This document shows, one piece after another, positions 1 to 10,138 of a stretch of 64,000 nucleotides of DNA (position 1 is the stretch's first letter; every line of letters starts with the position of its first letter). The DNA is from an uncultured Verrucomicrobiae bacterium (GTDB lineage Bacteria; Verrucomicrobiota; Verrucomicrobiia; Chthoniobacterales; UBA10450): NCBI GenBank assembly GCA_963756875.1, contig CAVWPA010000003.1:192001-256000 (forward strand). The letters run 5' to 3'. The notes beneath the pieces were generated by a model. It worked only from the letters and a program-made list of their open reading frames with translations. It was not told the origin of the DNA and searched no databases. The translations under genes were made by a program, and so were the position numbers.

Positions 1-2345
1 GTCGACAACGGAACCGTCTCCGCCCCGCGCCGCGGGATAAACGCGTTCACGAAAATCATCATCTGCGAAATCGCCGTATTGAATGAAAGAGACTCGATGT
101 CTTCGGTCACTTTCTTGATGGTCGCATGCGCGATTTTTTGCTGCGCATCTGTTGGAACGACATCCTGGACCGTGGATGATAATTCCCAGTCGCCGGCTTG
201 ATTTTCACTCATCAGCAAACGCCACACGCGCGCCAGAAAGCGCGAAACGCCTTCCACGCCGCGCATGCTCCACGGCTTCATCTGCTCCAGCGGCCCCATA
301 AACATTTCGTAGCAGCGAAACGCGTCGGCGCCGTATCGTTCGATCACGTCGTCGGGGCTCACGATGTTGCCGCGCGACTTCGACATTTTCTGATTGTCTT
401 CGCCAAGAATGATTCCCTGATTGACCAGCCGCTGAAACGGCTCCGGTTTCGACAAGTAGCCAAGATCGAAGAGCACCTTGTGCCAGAAACGCGCGTAAAG
501 CAGATGCAGGACGGCGTGCTCCGTACCGCCAACATAAAGATCGACACCGCCAGGAGCACGCCGAAATGACGAACTTCCTGATTCGGGCTTCGTCATTCGT
601 GCTTCGTCATTGTCTGCGCCCATCCAGTAGCGCTCAGCCTGTTCGCCGACGAAACGCTCCTCGTTATGCGGATCGCAGAAACGCAGGTAATACCAGCACG
701 AGCCCGCCCACTGCGGCATCACATTGGTCTCGCGCATCGCCTTTTCAGAATAGCGGACCCACTCTTTCGCCTTGGCCAGCGGCGGCTCGCCGGTGCCGGT
801 CGGTTTGTAATCTTCGAGCGGCGGGGGAACCACCGGGAGCTCAGACTCATCGAGCGCCCGATGACGGTGATTCTGCCCGTCCGGCTCGGACTCCCAGACA
901 ATCGGAAACGGTTCGCCCCAATAGCGCTGCCGGGAGAAAAGCCAGTCGCGCAGCTTGTAATTGATCGCGCCCTTGCCGAGACCGCGCTCTTCCAGCCATG
1001 CCGTGATCTTGCGGATGGCCTCCCGCGACGGCAGTCCGTCGATCACCGGCGAATTGATCGCGATGCCGTTGCCGACGAAACCGATGGGCTCCTCGCCGCC
1101 TAACGGCTGGACAACCTGGCGGACCGGCAAATCAAACCTGCGCGCGAATTCAAGGTCGCGCTCATCGTGCGCAGGCACGCCCATGATCGCGCCAGTGCCG
1201 TAACCGAGCAGGACGTAGTCCGCGATCCAGATCTGAATCTTCTCACCGTTAGCCGGGTTGATTGCATGAGCGCCGGTGAAGACGCCGGTTTTTTCCTTCG
1301 CCAGTTCGGTCCGTTCCAAATCGCTCTTGCGTGCGGCCTTTTCTCGATATTCGCGTACTGCCGGCCATTGCTCTTCGGTGACGATCAGATCGACGAGCGA
1401 GTGCTCGGGTGCGAGCACCATGTAGGTCGCACCGTAAAGCGTGTCCGGGCGCGTCGTGAAAACGCGAATGGTAGGGACATCGCGCTGCGATGTCCGGTCG
1501 TCGCAGCGCGACGACCCTACCTGTTCGGCGATCCCGGCCACGGCAAAATCGACTTCCGCGCCTTCGCTGCGGCCGATCCAATTGCGTTGGAGCAACCTAA
1601 TTCCTTCCGGCCAATCGAGTCCCTCCAGTTCGTCGAGCAATCGTTCGGCGTACGCCGTGATGCGCAGCATCCATTGCCGCATCGGCCGTCTTACGACAGG
1701 AAAGCCGCCAACTTCGCTTTTGCCATCGACCACTTCCTCGTTCGCCAAAACGGTGCCGAGTTCCTGGCACCAGTTCACCGGGACATCGGCGACGTAAGCG
1801 AGCCGGACCCTGTCCGGGTTATCTCCGCGATAAGTTGAAATCGGCTCGGCTTTGTTTGTCTTCGGATTGAACCAGGAATTATAAATCCGCAGAAAAATCC
1901 ACTGCGTCCATTTGTAGTAACGCGGGTCGGTCGTGTTGATTTCACGCTGCCAATCGTAGGAAAATCCGATGCGCTTGAGCTGTGATTTGAATTTCGCAAC
2001 GTTTTCACGCGTGGTGACAGCGGGATGCTGGCCGCTCCGGATGGCATATTGCTCCGCCGGCAAACCAAACGCGTCCCAGCCCATCGGATGCAGAACGTTA
2101 AAGCCGCGCAGCCGCTTGTAGCGCGCGATGATGTCTGTTGCAGTGTAGCCTTCCGGATGCCCCACGTGCAGGCCGGCCCCGCTCGGGTAGGGAAACATGT
2201 CCAGGATATAGGATTTCGGCTTCGCGGGATCGAAATTTTTTTCTCCCGGATTGGAAGCGCGAAAAATCTGCCCCTTGTCCCAGATCGCCTGCCATTTCGG
2301 CTCGATCCGGTCAAAAGGATAAGGTTTGCGACGCTCCGAACTCAT
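1..2345 (-). CDS. leuS: Leucine--tRNA ligase (3' end runs off the window; absent from the ORF track)
   Basis: Manual translation from ATG at 2345: [83 protein letters not shown]. Confidence 0.97.
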   Translation of the reverse strand, partial: MSSERRKPYPFDRIEPKWQAIWDKGQIFRASNPGEKNFDPAKPKSYILDMFPYPSGAGLHVGHPEGYTATDIIARYKRLRGFNVLHPMGWDAFGLPAEQYAIRSGQHPAVTTRENVAKFKSQLKRIGFSYDWQREINTTDPRYYKWTQWIFLRIYNSWFNPKTNKAEPISTYRGDNPDRVRLAYVADVPVNWCQELGTVLANEEVVDGKSEVGGFPVVRRPMRQWMLRITAYAERLLDELEGLDWPEGIRLLQRNWIGRSEGAEVDFAVAGIAEQVGSSRCDDRTSQRDVPTIRVFTTRPDTLYGATYMVLAPEHSLVDLIVTEEQWPAVREYREKAARKSDLERTELAKEKTGVFTGAHAINPANGEKIQIWIADYVLLGYGTGAIMGVPAHDERDLEFARRFDLPVRQVVQPLGGEEPIGFVGNGIAINSPVIDGLPSREAIRKITAWLEERGLGKGAINYKLRDWLFSRQRYWGEPFPIVWESEPDGQNHRHRALDESELPVVPPPLEDYKPTGTGEPPLAKAKEWVRYSEKAMRETNVMPQWAGSCWYYLRFCDPHNEERFVGEQAERYWMGADNDEARMTKPESGSSSFRRAPGGVDLYVGGTEHAVLHLLYARFWHKVLFDLGYLSKPEPFQRLVNQGIILGEDNQKMSKSRGNIVSPDDVIERYGADAFRCYEMFMGPLEQMKPWSMRGVEGVSRFLARVWRLLMSENQAGDWELSSTVQDVVPTDAQQKIAHATIKKVTEDIESLSFNTAISQMMIFVNAFIPRRGAETVPLS
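1470..1521. repeat. GTAG-type double-hairpin REP-like element, in-frame inside leuS
   Basis: GGTAGGGACATCGCGCTGCGATGTCCGGTCGTCGCAGCGCGACGACCCTACC; same architecture at 17618-17669 and 57020-57071. Confidence 0.9.
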
Positions 2346-2408
2346 AAGGTAACGAATCAGGAAAGCAGGAATTCCGGAAAAGGAAATTCGGAGATTTAGT
2401 TTGTTCCC

Positions 2409-3023
2409 ATGCACTCGCTGCTTCTGGCCACTCGCAATCCAAATAAGACGCGAGAATTTCGAGAGTTACTGGGCCCCGAATTCGACGTGCGCGATCTCAG
2501 CGCGTTTGCCGACGCCGTACTTCTGGAGGAAGCAGGGAGCACATTTTCCGAGAACGCGATTTGCAAGGCGCTGGCCGTATCGCGCGATCCGCATCTTCTC
2601 GTGGCGGCCGACGATTCTGGCCTGGAAGTCGATTCGTTAAGCGGCGCGCCGGGAATTTACTCCGCCCGGTACGCAGGCAAAGACGCGACGGACGAACAAA
2701 ATACCGGCAAGTTGCTCGACGAACTGGCGCGCCGAAACGTGCCCGCGGACCGGCGCAGCGCGCGGTTTCGTTGCGTGATTGCCCTGGCGCGCGGTGGGCA
2801 ATTGATTGGCACATTCGAGGGTGTTGTCGAAGGAATGATTGTCGATCCGTCGCGTGGACGCAATGGTTTCGGTTACGATCCGGTTTTTCAACCAATCGGC
2901 TTCGATCAGACCTTCGGAGAAATGGAACCGGGGTTAAAAAACAGAATCAGCCACCGCGCGAAAGCGATCGCCGCGCTGCGTGAAGCTTTGTGCACAGGAA
3001 GAGCTCCTGGGGATCCATTTTAA
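2409..3023 (+). CDS. rdgB: Non-canonical purine NTP pyrophosphatase (RdgB/HAM1)
   Basis: [36 protein letters not shown] motifs. Confidence 0.95.
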   Translation: MHSLLLATRNPNKTREFRELLGPEFDVRDLSAFADAVLLEEAGSTFSENAICKALAVSRDPHLLVAADDSGLEVDSLSGAPGIYSARYAGKDATDEQNTGKLLDELARRNVPADRRSARFRCVIALARGGQLIGTFEGVVEGMIVDPSRGRNGFGYDPVFQPIGFDQTFGEMEPGLKNRISHRAKAIAALREALCTGRAPGDPF

Positions 3024-3141
3024 AAACGGCAAAATGAGCAGCGATGTCATTCCGGGCGGAGGAAGAGCCTGCCCGCCGTGGCGGGAGGAGGCTCTTATCG
3101 TTGTCTGTTAAGCGCAGATTAGCGGTGAGAGATGTCTCGGC

Positions 3142-3442
3142 TCAAAACCGGGCTGGCATATTTACTCGGCGTGACAAAACCTCACGATGCAGCCGCGGGT
3201 CGCTAAATTCGGAATTGGAGACCGGTGGAGGCGATGAAGCAGGAAGTTCGACAGGCAGCGGCGGCGGGTCGGTCACTAGTTCGACGCCGACCGGCGTGAA
3301 TTCGGTCTCTGGAGGGACAGCCGCGGGTTGGCGATGAAGAAGCAGCGACAATCGCTGAGAAATGAATCATGCCAGCGGCGACAAACGCAGCCACGGTGCG
3401 CCACTTGTGGGTCGATCGATATAACAGCGCTTTGTTTGTCAT
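3142..3442 (-). pseudogene. Frameshifted, truncated TonB-like paralog
   Basis: N-terminus MTNKALLYRSTHKWRTVAAFVAAGMIHFSAIV resembles the intact tonB (KPLLYKPPPKWHVWAALGGAVGIHFVSV); the Pro-rich linker continues in another frame; no C-terminal TonB domain. Confidence 0.65.
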
Positions 3443-3514
3443 CACGGCTCCCTGTGAGAACAAACACCCAAGCAGGCAAAATATTATTGAGGCAGAGGCG
3501 GGGCGCTACGCCAA

Positions 3515-3922
3515 TCAATGGGCCGCTCGAATCTGATAGCCAATTTTGGTGATCCCCACCCGGCGCGCTTCGTCGAGCACCGCGATTACGTCGCCGTGCC
3601 GTGCCAACATGCTCGCGCTGATGGAGACCTTGATGCCGGGATTCGCCCGATGGAGCTTGTAGAGTCTCGGCATTACCTCATCCGGAGATACATATTGGTT
3701 ATCTATGTAAACTGAGTCGCCTTCCCGTACCGTGATTGAGACGTAATCCTTGACCCCTGGTGGCGCAGAGGCAGTTGAAGGCAAGGCCACACGGATGCCT
3801 TTCATGTGCGTCTGGCTCAGGCTCACCATCATGAAACTGGCGAGCAGAAAGAACATGATGTCGATCAACGGGATGATCTCGATACGAGCCCGTTTGTGAG
3901 GAATAGGTGAGGCGACACGCAT
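3515..3922 (-). CDS. exbD: Biopolymer transport protein ExbD/TolR
   Basis: IEIIPLIDIMFFLLASFMM transmembrane motif. Confidence 0.92.
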   Translation of the reverse strand: MRVASPIPHKRARIEIIPLIDIMFFLLASFMMVSLSQTHMKGIRVALPSTASAPPGVKDYVSITVREGDSVYIDNQYVSPDEVMPRLYKLHRANPGIKVSISASMLARHGDVIAVLDEARRVGITKIGYQIRAAH

Positions 3923-3925
3923 AAA

Positions 3926-4543
3926 TTAAAAGGAAGCGCCCGTCATGGTGTATGTGATTGGTACCTTAACTTTGGGCGCGACTTGACCAGGCCTGAATCT
4001 CCATCGTCGAAATGTGCTTGTGGTGGCTTCGTCCAGGATCGGGCTGCCCGTGCTTTGCGCCATTGACGCGCTCGTCACGTTGCCGCTGGACGTGTCGACC
4101 GTTAGAACACAGACCCCGCTGCCGGTGACGTGGCGGCTGCGCGCTTCGTACGGATAGGGCGGCTTGGGCGAATAAACCGCCGAGACTCTGGCGCTATTCA
4201 TCGACATTTGACGGGGCGCCCTGATCGGCGCGGCTTTCGCTTGGACCTGGGGCCGCGGTGGCGGCGATTCCTCGACGAACTCCGGCCTGACATCGGGCGG
4301 AGGCGGGGGTGGTGGAAGCGGGATATCTTCCGGTGGAGGCGTCGGCGCCTCCGTTGGCGCCTCAAGCGTAGCCACCACTTCTGCGGTTGGGATCTTACTA
4401 AGATCGATTGGCGGAGGCGCGTAATTGATTCCAGCGATCACGACCGAAACGAAATGGATTCCCACTGCGCCGCCGAGGGCCGCCCAGACATGCCATTTCG
4501 GCGGAGGTTTGTAGAGCAACGGCTTGGCCATAACCTGTTTCAT
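3926..4543 (-). CDS. tonB: Energy transducer TonB
   Basis: N-terminal TM helix with His, Pro-rich linker, C-terminal PxYPxxA..G..STGSPILD..WRFRP. Confidence 0.9.
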   Translation of the reverse strand: MKQVMAKPLLYKPPPKWHVWAALGGAVGIHFVSVVIAGINYAPPPIDLSKIPTAEVVATLEAPTEAPTPPPEDIPLPPPPPPPDVRPEFVEESPPPRPQVQAKAAPIRAPRQMSMNSARVSAVYSPKPPYPYEARSRHVTGSGVCVLTVDTSSGNVTSASMAQSTGSPILDEATTSTFRRWRFRPGQVAPKVKVPITYTMTGASF

Positions 4544-4980
4544 AACCCCTGTGGCCCGGGAAAGTTCTTTGCCGCCTCGCTCTTGATCTCGAATGCGACC
4601 TTGTAGTAACCGACCGATCTCAGGATATCGAGCACGCGGATGATATTGCCATGAACTGTGTCCGCATCACCGCGCACGAACACCTTGGCCTCCGGATTTT
4701 CATCATGAGTTTTTTTCAGGATGACCATCAGTTCATCGTAATTCATCTCCTTCTTGTCGAAGTAAGTGTTCCCGTTTTTATCGACCGATACGCTGATGTA
4801 CTCGCGCTTGGCCTGCGTTACGCCCGTCTGTCCCGTGGGCAGCGTCACCTTGATTCCTTTCATGTGCACCTGGCTGAGGCTCACCATCATAAAACTGGCG
4901 AGCAAAAAGAACATGATGTCGATCAACGGGATGATCTCGATCCGCCCTTTCTTGTGCGGAATTGGCGAGCTGATGTACAT
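4540..4980 (-). CDS. exbD: Biopolymer transport protein ExbD/TolR
   Basis: IEIIPLIDIMFFLL motif; VFVRGD..HG.II.VLD. Confidence 0.92.
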   Translation of the reverse strand: MYISSPIPHKKGRIEIIPLIDIMFFLLASFMMVSLSQVHMKGIKVTLPTGQTGVTQAKREYISVSVDKNGNTYFDKKEMNYDELMVILKKTHDENPEAKVFVRGDADTVHGNIIRVLDILRSVGYYKVAFEIKSEAAKNFPGPQGL

Positions 4981-4989
4981 TGGATCCCT

Positions 4990-6027
4990 TTAAATTGAAG
5001 CGCCTTTCCCAGAGGCTGGTGCTTTTGCGATCTCCATCTCGCGCGCTGCGGTTTGTCCTCCCAGCATCACCTCCAGGTTTGTCGCCGCTGTCTGTAATTC
5101 GAACTCTAAGTTAGACACCCGGGAAGTGAAAAAGTTAAATGGGATCAACGCGAAAATCGCAATGCCGAGACCGCACGCGGTAGCAATTAACGCCTCGGCA
5201 ATACCACCGGTGACCGCTGTCACGGCCAACTCTTCATTACCGAGGAAGCTGAAGGACCGAATCAAACCGGTGATCGTTCCCAACAAGCCGAGCAGAGGGG
5301 CCAGTGTGACCAGCGTGTCCATGACCACAAGAAAACGTCCCGCGCGCTTGATCTCGATACCTGCCGCGACCTGGAGCGCCCCTTGCAGTGAAGCGTGCTG
5401 GTGATTGAGGCCATTCCACATCATACGCAACACCGGATCTCGCGAATCCCTCGAGAGCCGTGAAGCTTCCGCCACATCGCCCATTTCAACCGCGGTGAAG
5501 ACTTTTTCGATCCGCTTCGGATCACGCCGAAACCAGCGCCCACCCCACCAGAAGATTCGTTCGATCACGACCGTCAGCGCGACGATCGATACAATCAGGA
5601 TGGGCCACATGATTGGGCCGCCCTTGTGAAACTTGTCGATAAGCCAGTTGCTACTGAAGACTCCGCCCGTTTCAGCAGGCGCTGCGGTCGGACTTGCGCT
5701 CGCCGCCGGGCTCAAGGTCGCGGTTACGCTGGCGCCAGGAGCGGTCGCACCTGGCGACATTCCCGGAACTGCGGGTGACATGCCGGCGGCTTCAGGCGAC
5801 ATCCCCGGAGCCGCGGGTGACATGCCGGCGGCAGGTGACATCCCCGGAGCTGCGGGTGACATGCCGGCGGCGGGTGATGCGACGGGCGCGCCTGGTTGCG
5901 CTGGCGCACCCGGTTGCGCCTGAGCGGCCGGCGCATTTGCAGACGGAGGTGGCGGCGCAGCCGGAGGCTGTTGCGCGACCGCAGTCGCCACGATCAAAGA
6001 GACACAGAGAGTAAGCAATGTTTTCAT
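4990..6027 (-). CDS. exbB: MotA/TolQ/ExbB proton channel with N-terminal signal peptide and low-complexity repeat extension
   Basis: GGPIMWPIL, APLLGLLGTITGLI, GIAEALIATACGL; start chosen at MKTLLTL (6027). Confidence 0.92.
   Translation of the reverse strand: MKTLLTLCVSLIVATAVAQQPPAAPPPPSANAPAAQAQPGAPAQPGAPVASPAAGMSPAAPGMSPAAGMSPAAPGMSPEAAGMSPAVPGMSPGATAPGASVTATLSPAASASPTAAPAETGGVFSSNWLIDKFHKGGPIMWPILIVSIVALTVVIERIFWWGGRWFRRDPKRIEKVFTAVEMGDVAEASRLSRDSRDPVLRMMWNGLNHQHASLQGALQVAAGIEIKRAGRFLVVMDTLVTLAPLLGLLGTITGLIRSFSFLGNEELAVTAVTGGIAEALIATACGLGIAIFALIPFNFFTSRVSNLEFELQTAATNLEVMLGGQTAAREMEIAKAPASGKGASI
5750..5880. repeat. Coding tandem repeat (about 18-21 bp units) encoding (GMSPAA[P]) x7 in ExbB
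   Basis: Repeated GGTGACATGCCGGCGGC / GACATCCCCGGAGC units. Confidence 0.85.
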
Positions 6028-6240
6028 ATTAACGACTTGGATTATTTTACCTGCTCGGTAGTGAGATTCCTTATCCCAAATCAATTAGCGAGAAGTCGAG
6101 GAAACTTTTCACTTTTTTTTATAATACTTCATTTGCATGTAAATTCGAATTATTCACCCGGAATGGACGTAGGCAAGACGATGTAATTGGTCGGGCCACA
6201 CAAATCCCCAAGACGGCCGCGCATCGTTATCCGCGCGGCT

Positions 6241-6996
6241 TCAGCGCACTTTGTTCCGTAATGGCGGCCAATCGCCGATCCTCGCTTCCAATTGGTCGCC
6301 GGGGCGGATCGGTCCCACGCCTGAGGGTGTCCCGCTTAATATAAGATCGCCGGGACGGAGCGTCATCGACTGGCTGGCGAAAGAAACGATGTCAGCCACC
6401 GGGTAAATCATATTGCTCGTCCGCGCTTGCTGTCGCACTTCGCCATTTTGTCGAAGCTCAATCGGTAGATTGCTTGCATCGACGTCGGCATAAACGAACG
6501 GCCCGACCGGCGTGTACGTATCGAACGACTTGCAACGGCCAAATTGCTTTTCCGATTTCTGTAAATCCCGATCGCTGACGTCGAGACCAACGGTGTAACC
6601 GAAAACGAATTCGGGCGCGCGCGCCGCGGAAACATTTTTTGCGGTGGCGCCGATGACCACAGCCAGTTCGACTTCGAAGTCGGTTTGATGCTTCGGAAAT
6701 GCGATCTTAATCTCGCCACCGTGCGGCAGAAGTGAGCTCGGCGCCTTGAACCAGATTAGCGGCGTTCCGATCACGACGCGCTTCATCTCCGCAATGTGGT
6801 CGGCGTAATTCAATCCTACCGCGATCAATTTTGAGGGCGCCACAGGAAGCCCGATCTTCACATCGCCAATTTTCCGCACTTCTCCGGTCGGCTGTACGTC
6901 GATCCAGTACGGCCGGGCAAGAACGTGAACATCGTCACCACGAACTTCACCGTAGAAAAAATCGCCGCCTGATTCGAAGCCGCCGAACGTTCTCAT
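6241..6996 (-). CDS. Fumarylacetoacetate hydrolase family protein
   Basis: SKLIAVGLNYADH, DFEVELAVVIG, DVSDRDLQ, KSFDT, GDLILSGTPSGVG; start at MRTFGG. Confidence 0.92.
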   Translation of the reverse strand: MRTFGGFESGGDFFYGEVRGDDVHVLARPYWIDVQPTGEVRKIGDVKIGLPVAPSKLIAVGLNYADHIAEMKRVVIGTPLIWFKAPSSLLPHGGEIKIAFPKHQTDFEVELAVVIGATAKNVSAARAPEFVFGYTVGLDVSDRDLQKSEKQFGRCKSFDTYTPVGPFVYADVDASNLPIELRQNGEVRQQARTSNMIYPVADIVSFASQSMTLRPGDLILSGTPSGVGPIRPGDQLEARIGDWPPLRNKVR

Positions 6997-7022
6997 AAAT
7001 CCAATAACGGGTCTCGATTGTA

Positions 7023-7110
7023 CCCGCGAATCACGCGAATCAACACCAATAGCAAAGCCAATTTGTGATGGCTGAAATTTTATTCGCGTCCATTCGTGTG
7101 ATTCGCGGGC
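7023..7110. repeat. Intergenic inverted repeat (CGCGAATCACGCGAAT family)
   Basis: CCCGCGAATCACGCGAAT ... ATTCGTGTGATTCGCGGG; related half copies near 27402-27428 and 50700-50726. Confidence 0.7.
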
Positions 7111-7120
7111 CGCTCCCAAT

Positions 7121-7885
7121 TCACTTCGGTACGATGACGACAAAATCGCGCACGCTTTTTTGTTCTCGAATAGAAAAGGCGGTTCCGTCCTCGCGCTTGA
7201 ACCAAAACCCGCTCGACGAGCCGCCATCGAGATTTAAGGCGCGCTGAATCTTGAAGTCGCTCGCAGGCGGCGTAACCAGAATTTTGGCGAGGTCCTCCAG
7301 CGTCACGTCGGAGCAAAAGCCAAGAGCGGCGCGGTCGCCGCTCCCGACCGCGGCAAAAGTCCTCCGCGCCGCGCGCGAGTCGTTCAAACCCCGAACGGGC
7401 TGACCCCGTTCCACGACCATCGGCCCACACTGCACCGCCGCGCTGATTCTTTTTGAGCGTGAAAATTCGCTCGCCCGCACAATTTGAATCTTTCCCGGCG
7501 ACCCGGCCAAAACCCCCGACAGCAAGCGCGCCCGCTTCAGCGGCGCAATTGTTTTCCCATCGACAATCAACAAGCCAATTGGACCGTAGTCCGGATCGAA
7601 ATAAGCGCCGTTTACGCCGGCCAGGCAGTTTTCCCGTTGCATTGCCTGATTCAGGCTGAGACGCGGTTCAGTGGGCTGATCGACAACACGGAGGCGAAGG
7701 GATTTCGTTGCGAAGAGCGCAAGCTCGATGGAAGCGCGCTCGCCGCTCTCGGAATTCTCCATTACCACATAGCGATGCTCCAGCGCCCGCACCGGCGATC
7801 GCTCGGTCTGCGTGGAGATTGTCTTCCAGTCCGCGCGCGCCGAGGTCGCGGCAATGAGAAGGAAAATTGTCGCGATGATCTGCAT
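7121..7885 (-). CDS. Secreted phosphodiester glycosidase (NAGPA/DUF2233-like) family protein
   Basis: Signal peptide MQIIATIFLLIAATSARA; GVNGAYF, QCGPMVV, ALNLDGGSSS. Confidence 0.85.
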   Translation of the reverse strand: MQIIATIFLLIAATSARADWKTISTQTERSPVRALEHRYVVMENSESGERASIELALFATKSLRLRVVDQPTEPRLSLNQAMQRENCLAGVNGAYFDPDYGPIGLLIVDGKTIAPLKRARLLSGVLAGSPGKIQIVRASEFSRSKRISAAVQCGPMVVERGQPVRGLNDSRAARRTFAAVGSGDRAALGFCSDVTLEDLAKILVTPPASDFKIQRALNLDGGSSSGFWFKREDGTAFSIREQKSVRDFVVIVPK

Positions 7886-7944
7886 GGGTCGTTGTCCCCG
7901 CTTACTCTGAAGAAGGCCGGCTTCTCGGTCGAACGGACTATCGA

Positions 7945-9972
7945 TTACCGGGACTGGGTCTTCGCACTGTGCTTGTCGATCAAAGCTTGAAAGCGCGGAT
8001 CGCTTCGTAACGGGTCCCAAACCGGATTCACTTTAAGACTTGCCACGGTGACGTTGCTTGGCCGGCTCAACAGTCCGTCGAGAATCTCGATGGCCTGAGC
8101 GGTATCACCGAGAGCGGTATGCACTTCGGCGACGCCCTGTGTGATCTCGGGTCCCCCAAAGGCGTCCTTGCTTTCGGGGAGCAGTTCGGTGGCGCGCTGC
8201 GCCGCCTCCAGCGCGGCATCTTTTTCGCCGAGATATGCCAGCACTTTAGCAAGCTGAATCTCGGCGTCCGCAGCATCGGGGTTTTGCTTTAATTGCTGCT
8301 CGACCGCGCTCTTTGCCTTTAAGAAAGCCTCGCGCGAACCGGCGTCGTCATGGAGCGCTTTTCGGGCAAAGCCGATAAGATAATATTTGGTGGACAGACC
8401 CCCGGGAAAAGCCATGACCTGATCGTCCGGCAGGCTCTCCACCTTTTGCAATCCCTCCTTGTATTTGCGCTCCAGGAGATAAACATTCGCCCGGCCACCG
8501 GCGATCTTGAGCTTCTGCTCGTCACTCAGCACTGGGATCTTCTTCACCACCTCAAATCCTTGCTCAGCGACGCTCAAATCGCCTTTCTCCGCGACGGCCA
8601 GCTGGGATTTGATCTCCCAAAGTCCCACGCCGTTTGGATTCACCTTGAGCGCGCGATCGATCGTCTTGTTGGCCGCGTCGAATTGCCGCTGCATCTGATA
8701 GTTAAAAGCGAGATTCTGCAGCGGCCAGCTGTCTTTGGGATTCAAACTGGCCGCCTTCTCCAGATTGGCAGTCGATTCCGCCCATTTGCCCTGCCGGCGT
8801 TGGATCGCTCCGATGGCAAGATACGCGCCGGACTCGTTAGGCAGACCGCGCTGCGCGATTTCGAATTCCTTCAGGGCTGCATCGTAATCGTTGTCGCCGT
8901 AGTAATAAGAGAATCCCATCGCCAGGTGCGCCTCCGGCAGATCGGGCTGCAATTGCAGCGCCTGCTCGGCTAGCTTGCGAGCCTTTTCCTTGCGCTCGGG
9001 AACGGGGTCGATCGCGTGGAAAATCCAACTTTCCAATTGCGAGTAGCCCGCGATGGCCAGCGCAAATTTAGGGTCCAACTCGATGGCGCGCGCATAGAGC
9101 TCGCCGCTCTGTTTCAGTTTCGCGGGGTCCTCCATGGAGGTGGTAGAGAGATTGTGGGCCTGGACAAAAGCGAAATATGCTTCGCCGTTCTGGGTCGGTT
9201 TGCGCTCCATTTCTGCCTTCTCGCTGGGCGAAAGCTTTGCCTGCAGTTCGTTGGCGATTTCCTGGGCCAGCTTCGTCTGGATGGCGAAAACATCGGTCAA
9301 ATCACCGTCGTAATCGTTGGCCCAAAGATGTTCGTCTGTGGTGGCATCGATAAGCTGCACGTTGACGCGAACCTTGTTCCCCTCGCGACGCACGCTGCCC
9401 TCGAGAATGGTCGACACCCCGAGAGCCTTGCCGATGTCGCGAACATTCGGCAAATGACCCCGATACGACATCACCGATGTGCGGGAAATTACCTTGAGGT
9501 CGCCGATCTTCGACAGGTTTGTAAGAATGTCGTCCTGGATGCCGTCGGCAAAATAGGCGTTCTCTTTGTTGTCGCTCAAGTTTTCAAACGGAAGCACGGC
9601 GATCGATTTGTCGATCCTGTGTGCGGCCGCGCGCGGCAAAACAAAAAATCCCGCTGCTACGGAAATGGCAATACCGGCCGTCGCCAGCAAAACGATGTTG
9701 CGGCGGCGATGTCCGACCGGAGCGGGCAGCGACTCCATTTTCGACGTCCGCTCGATGCCGCTCGGAGTGATATCAAAAATCCAGGCGAGAACGAGGGCGA
9801 GCGGAAAACCGATCAATAAGAGCACGATGACCACCCGGATCACCGAGTTTGAAATGTCGAAAACAGGAAGAACCTGCGCCAGCCCTTGTGCCAGAGCCCA
9901 GCTCGCAACCGCATACGCGATCGCGACCCGGTAGACTTTGCGACGTTTCAATTCTTGGAAGAAGCCGGTCAT
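7945..9972 (-). CDS. Membrane-anchored TolB-N-like/TPR protein (adenylate-cyclase-associated architecture, no cyclase domain)
   Basis: FFQELKRRKVYR N-terminus with 3 TM helices, SIAVLPFENLS..YFADGIQDDIL, TPR repeats, WDPLRSDPRF C-terminus. Confidence 0.88.
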   Translation of the reverse strand: MTGFFQELKRRKVYRVAIAYAVASWALAQGLAQVLPVFDISNSVIRVVIVLLLIGFPLALVLAWIFDITPSGIERTSKMESLPAPVGHRRRNIVLLATAGIAISVAAGFFVLPRAAAHRIDKSIAVLPFENLSDNKENAYFADGIQDDILTNLSKIGDLKVISRTSVMSYRGHLPNVRDIGKALGVSTILEGSVRREGNKVRVNVQLIDATTDEHLWANDYDGDLTDVFAIQTKLAQEIANELQAKLSPSEKAEMERKPTQNGEAYFAFVQAHNLSTTSMEDPAKLKQSGELYARAIELDPKFALAIAGYSQLESWIFHAIDPVPERKEKARKLAEQALQLQPDLPEAHLAMGFSYYYGDNDYDAALKEFEIAQRGLPNESGAYLAIGAIQRRQGKWAESTANLEKAASLNPKDSWPLQNLAFNYQMQRQFDAANKTIDRALKVNPNGVGLWEIKSQLAVAEKGDLSVAEQGFEVVKKIPVLSDEQKLKIAGGRANVYLLERKYKEGLQKVESLPDDQVMAFPGGLSTKYYLIGFARKALHDDAGSREAFLKAKSAVEQQLKQNPDAADAEIQLAKVLAYLGEKDAALEAAQRATELLPESKDAFGGPEITQGVAEVHTALGDTAQAIEILDGLLSRPSNVTVASLKVNPVWDPLRSDPRFQALIDKHSAKTQSR

Positions 9973-10075
9973 ACCAAAAGATTTGGATTCGCTTCGCGCA
10001 TCAGGGGAAGTTCCTTCTCAATCAGACAAACGGCAAGACCGAGCTGTTGAAGGAATCTGTTAAGGGTCGCGATCG

Positions 10076-10133
10076 TTGACATCGTATCAGCGCTCCGAGT
10101 ATCGTCTGAATTGCCTACTCAAACGAAAAGGAG
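10076..10133 (+). promoter_or_regulatory. Sigma70-like promoter and RBS of the peptide/SagB cassette
   Basis: TTGACA (10076-10081), 18-bp spacer, TATCGT (10100-10105); AAGGAG at 10128-10133, 5 nt before the ATG. Confidence 0.6.
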
Positions 10134-10138
10134 CAACA

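Noticed and set aside
198..2399. Plus-strand ORFs of 120-220 aa listed over the first 2.4 kb
   Set aside because: They are antisense shadows of leuS, which the track misses because its stop lies outside the window
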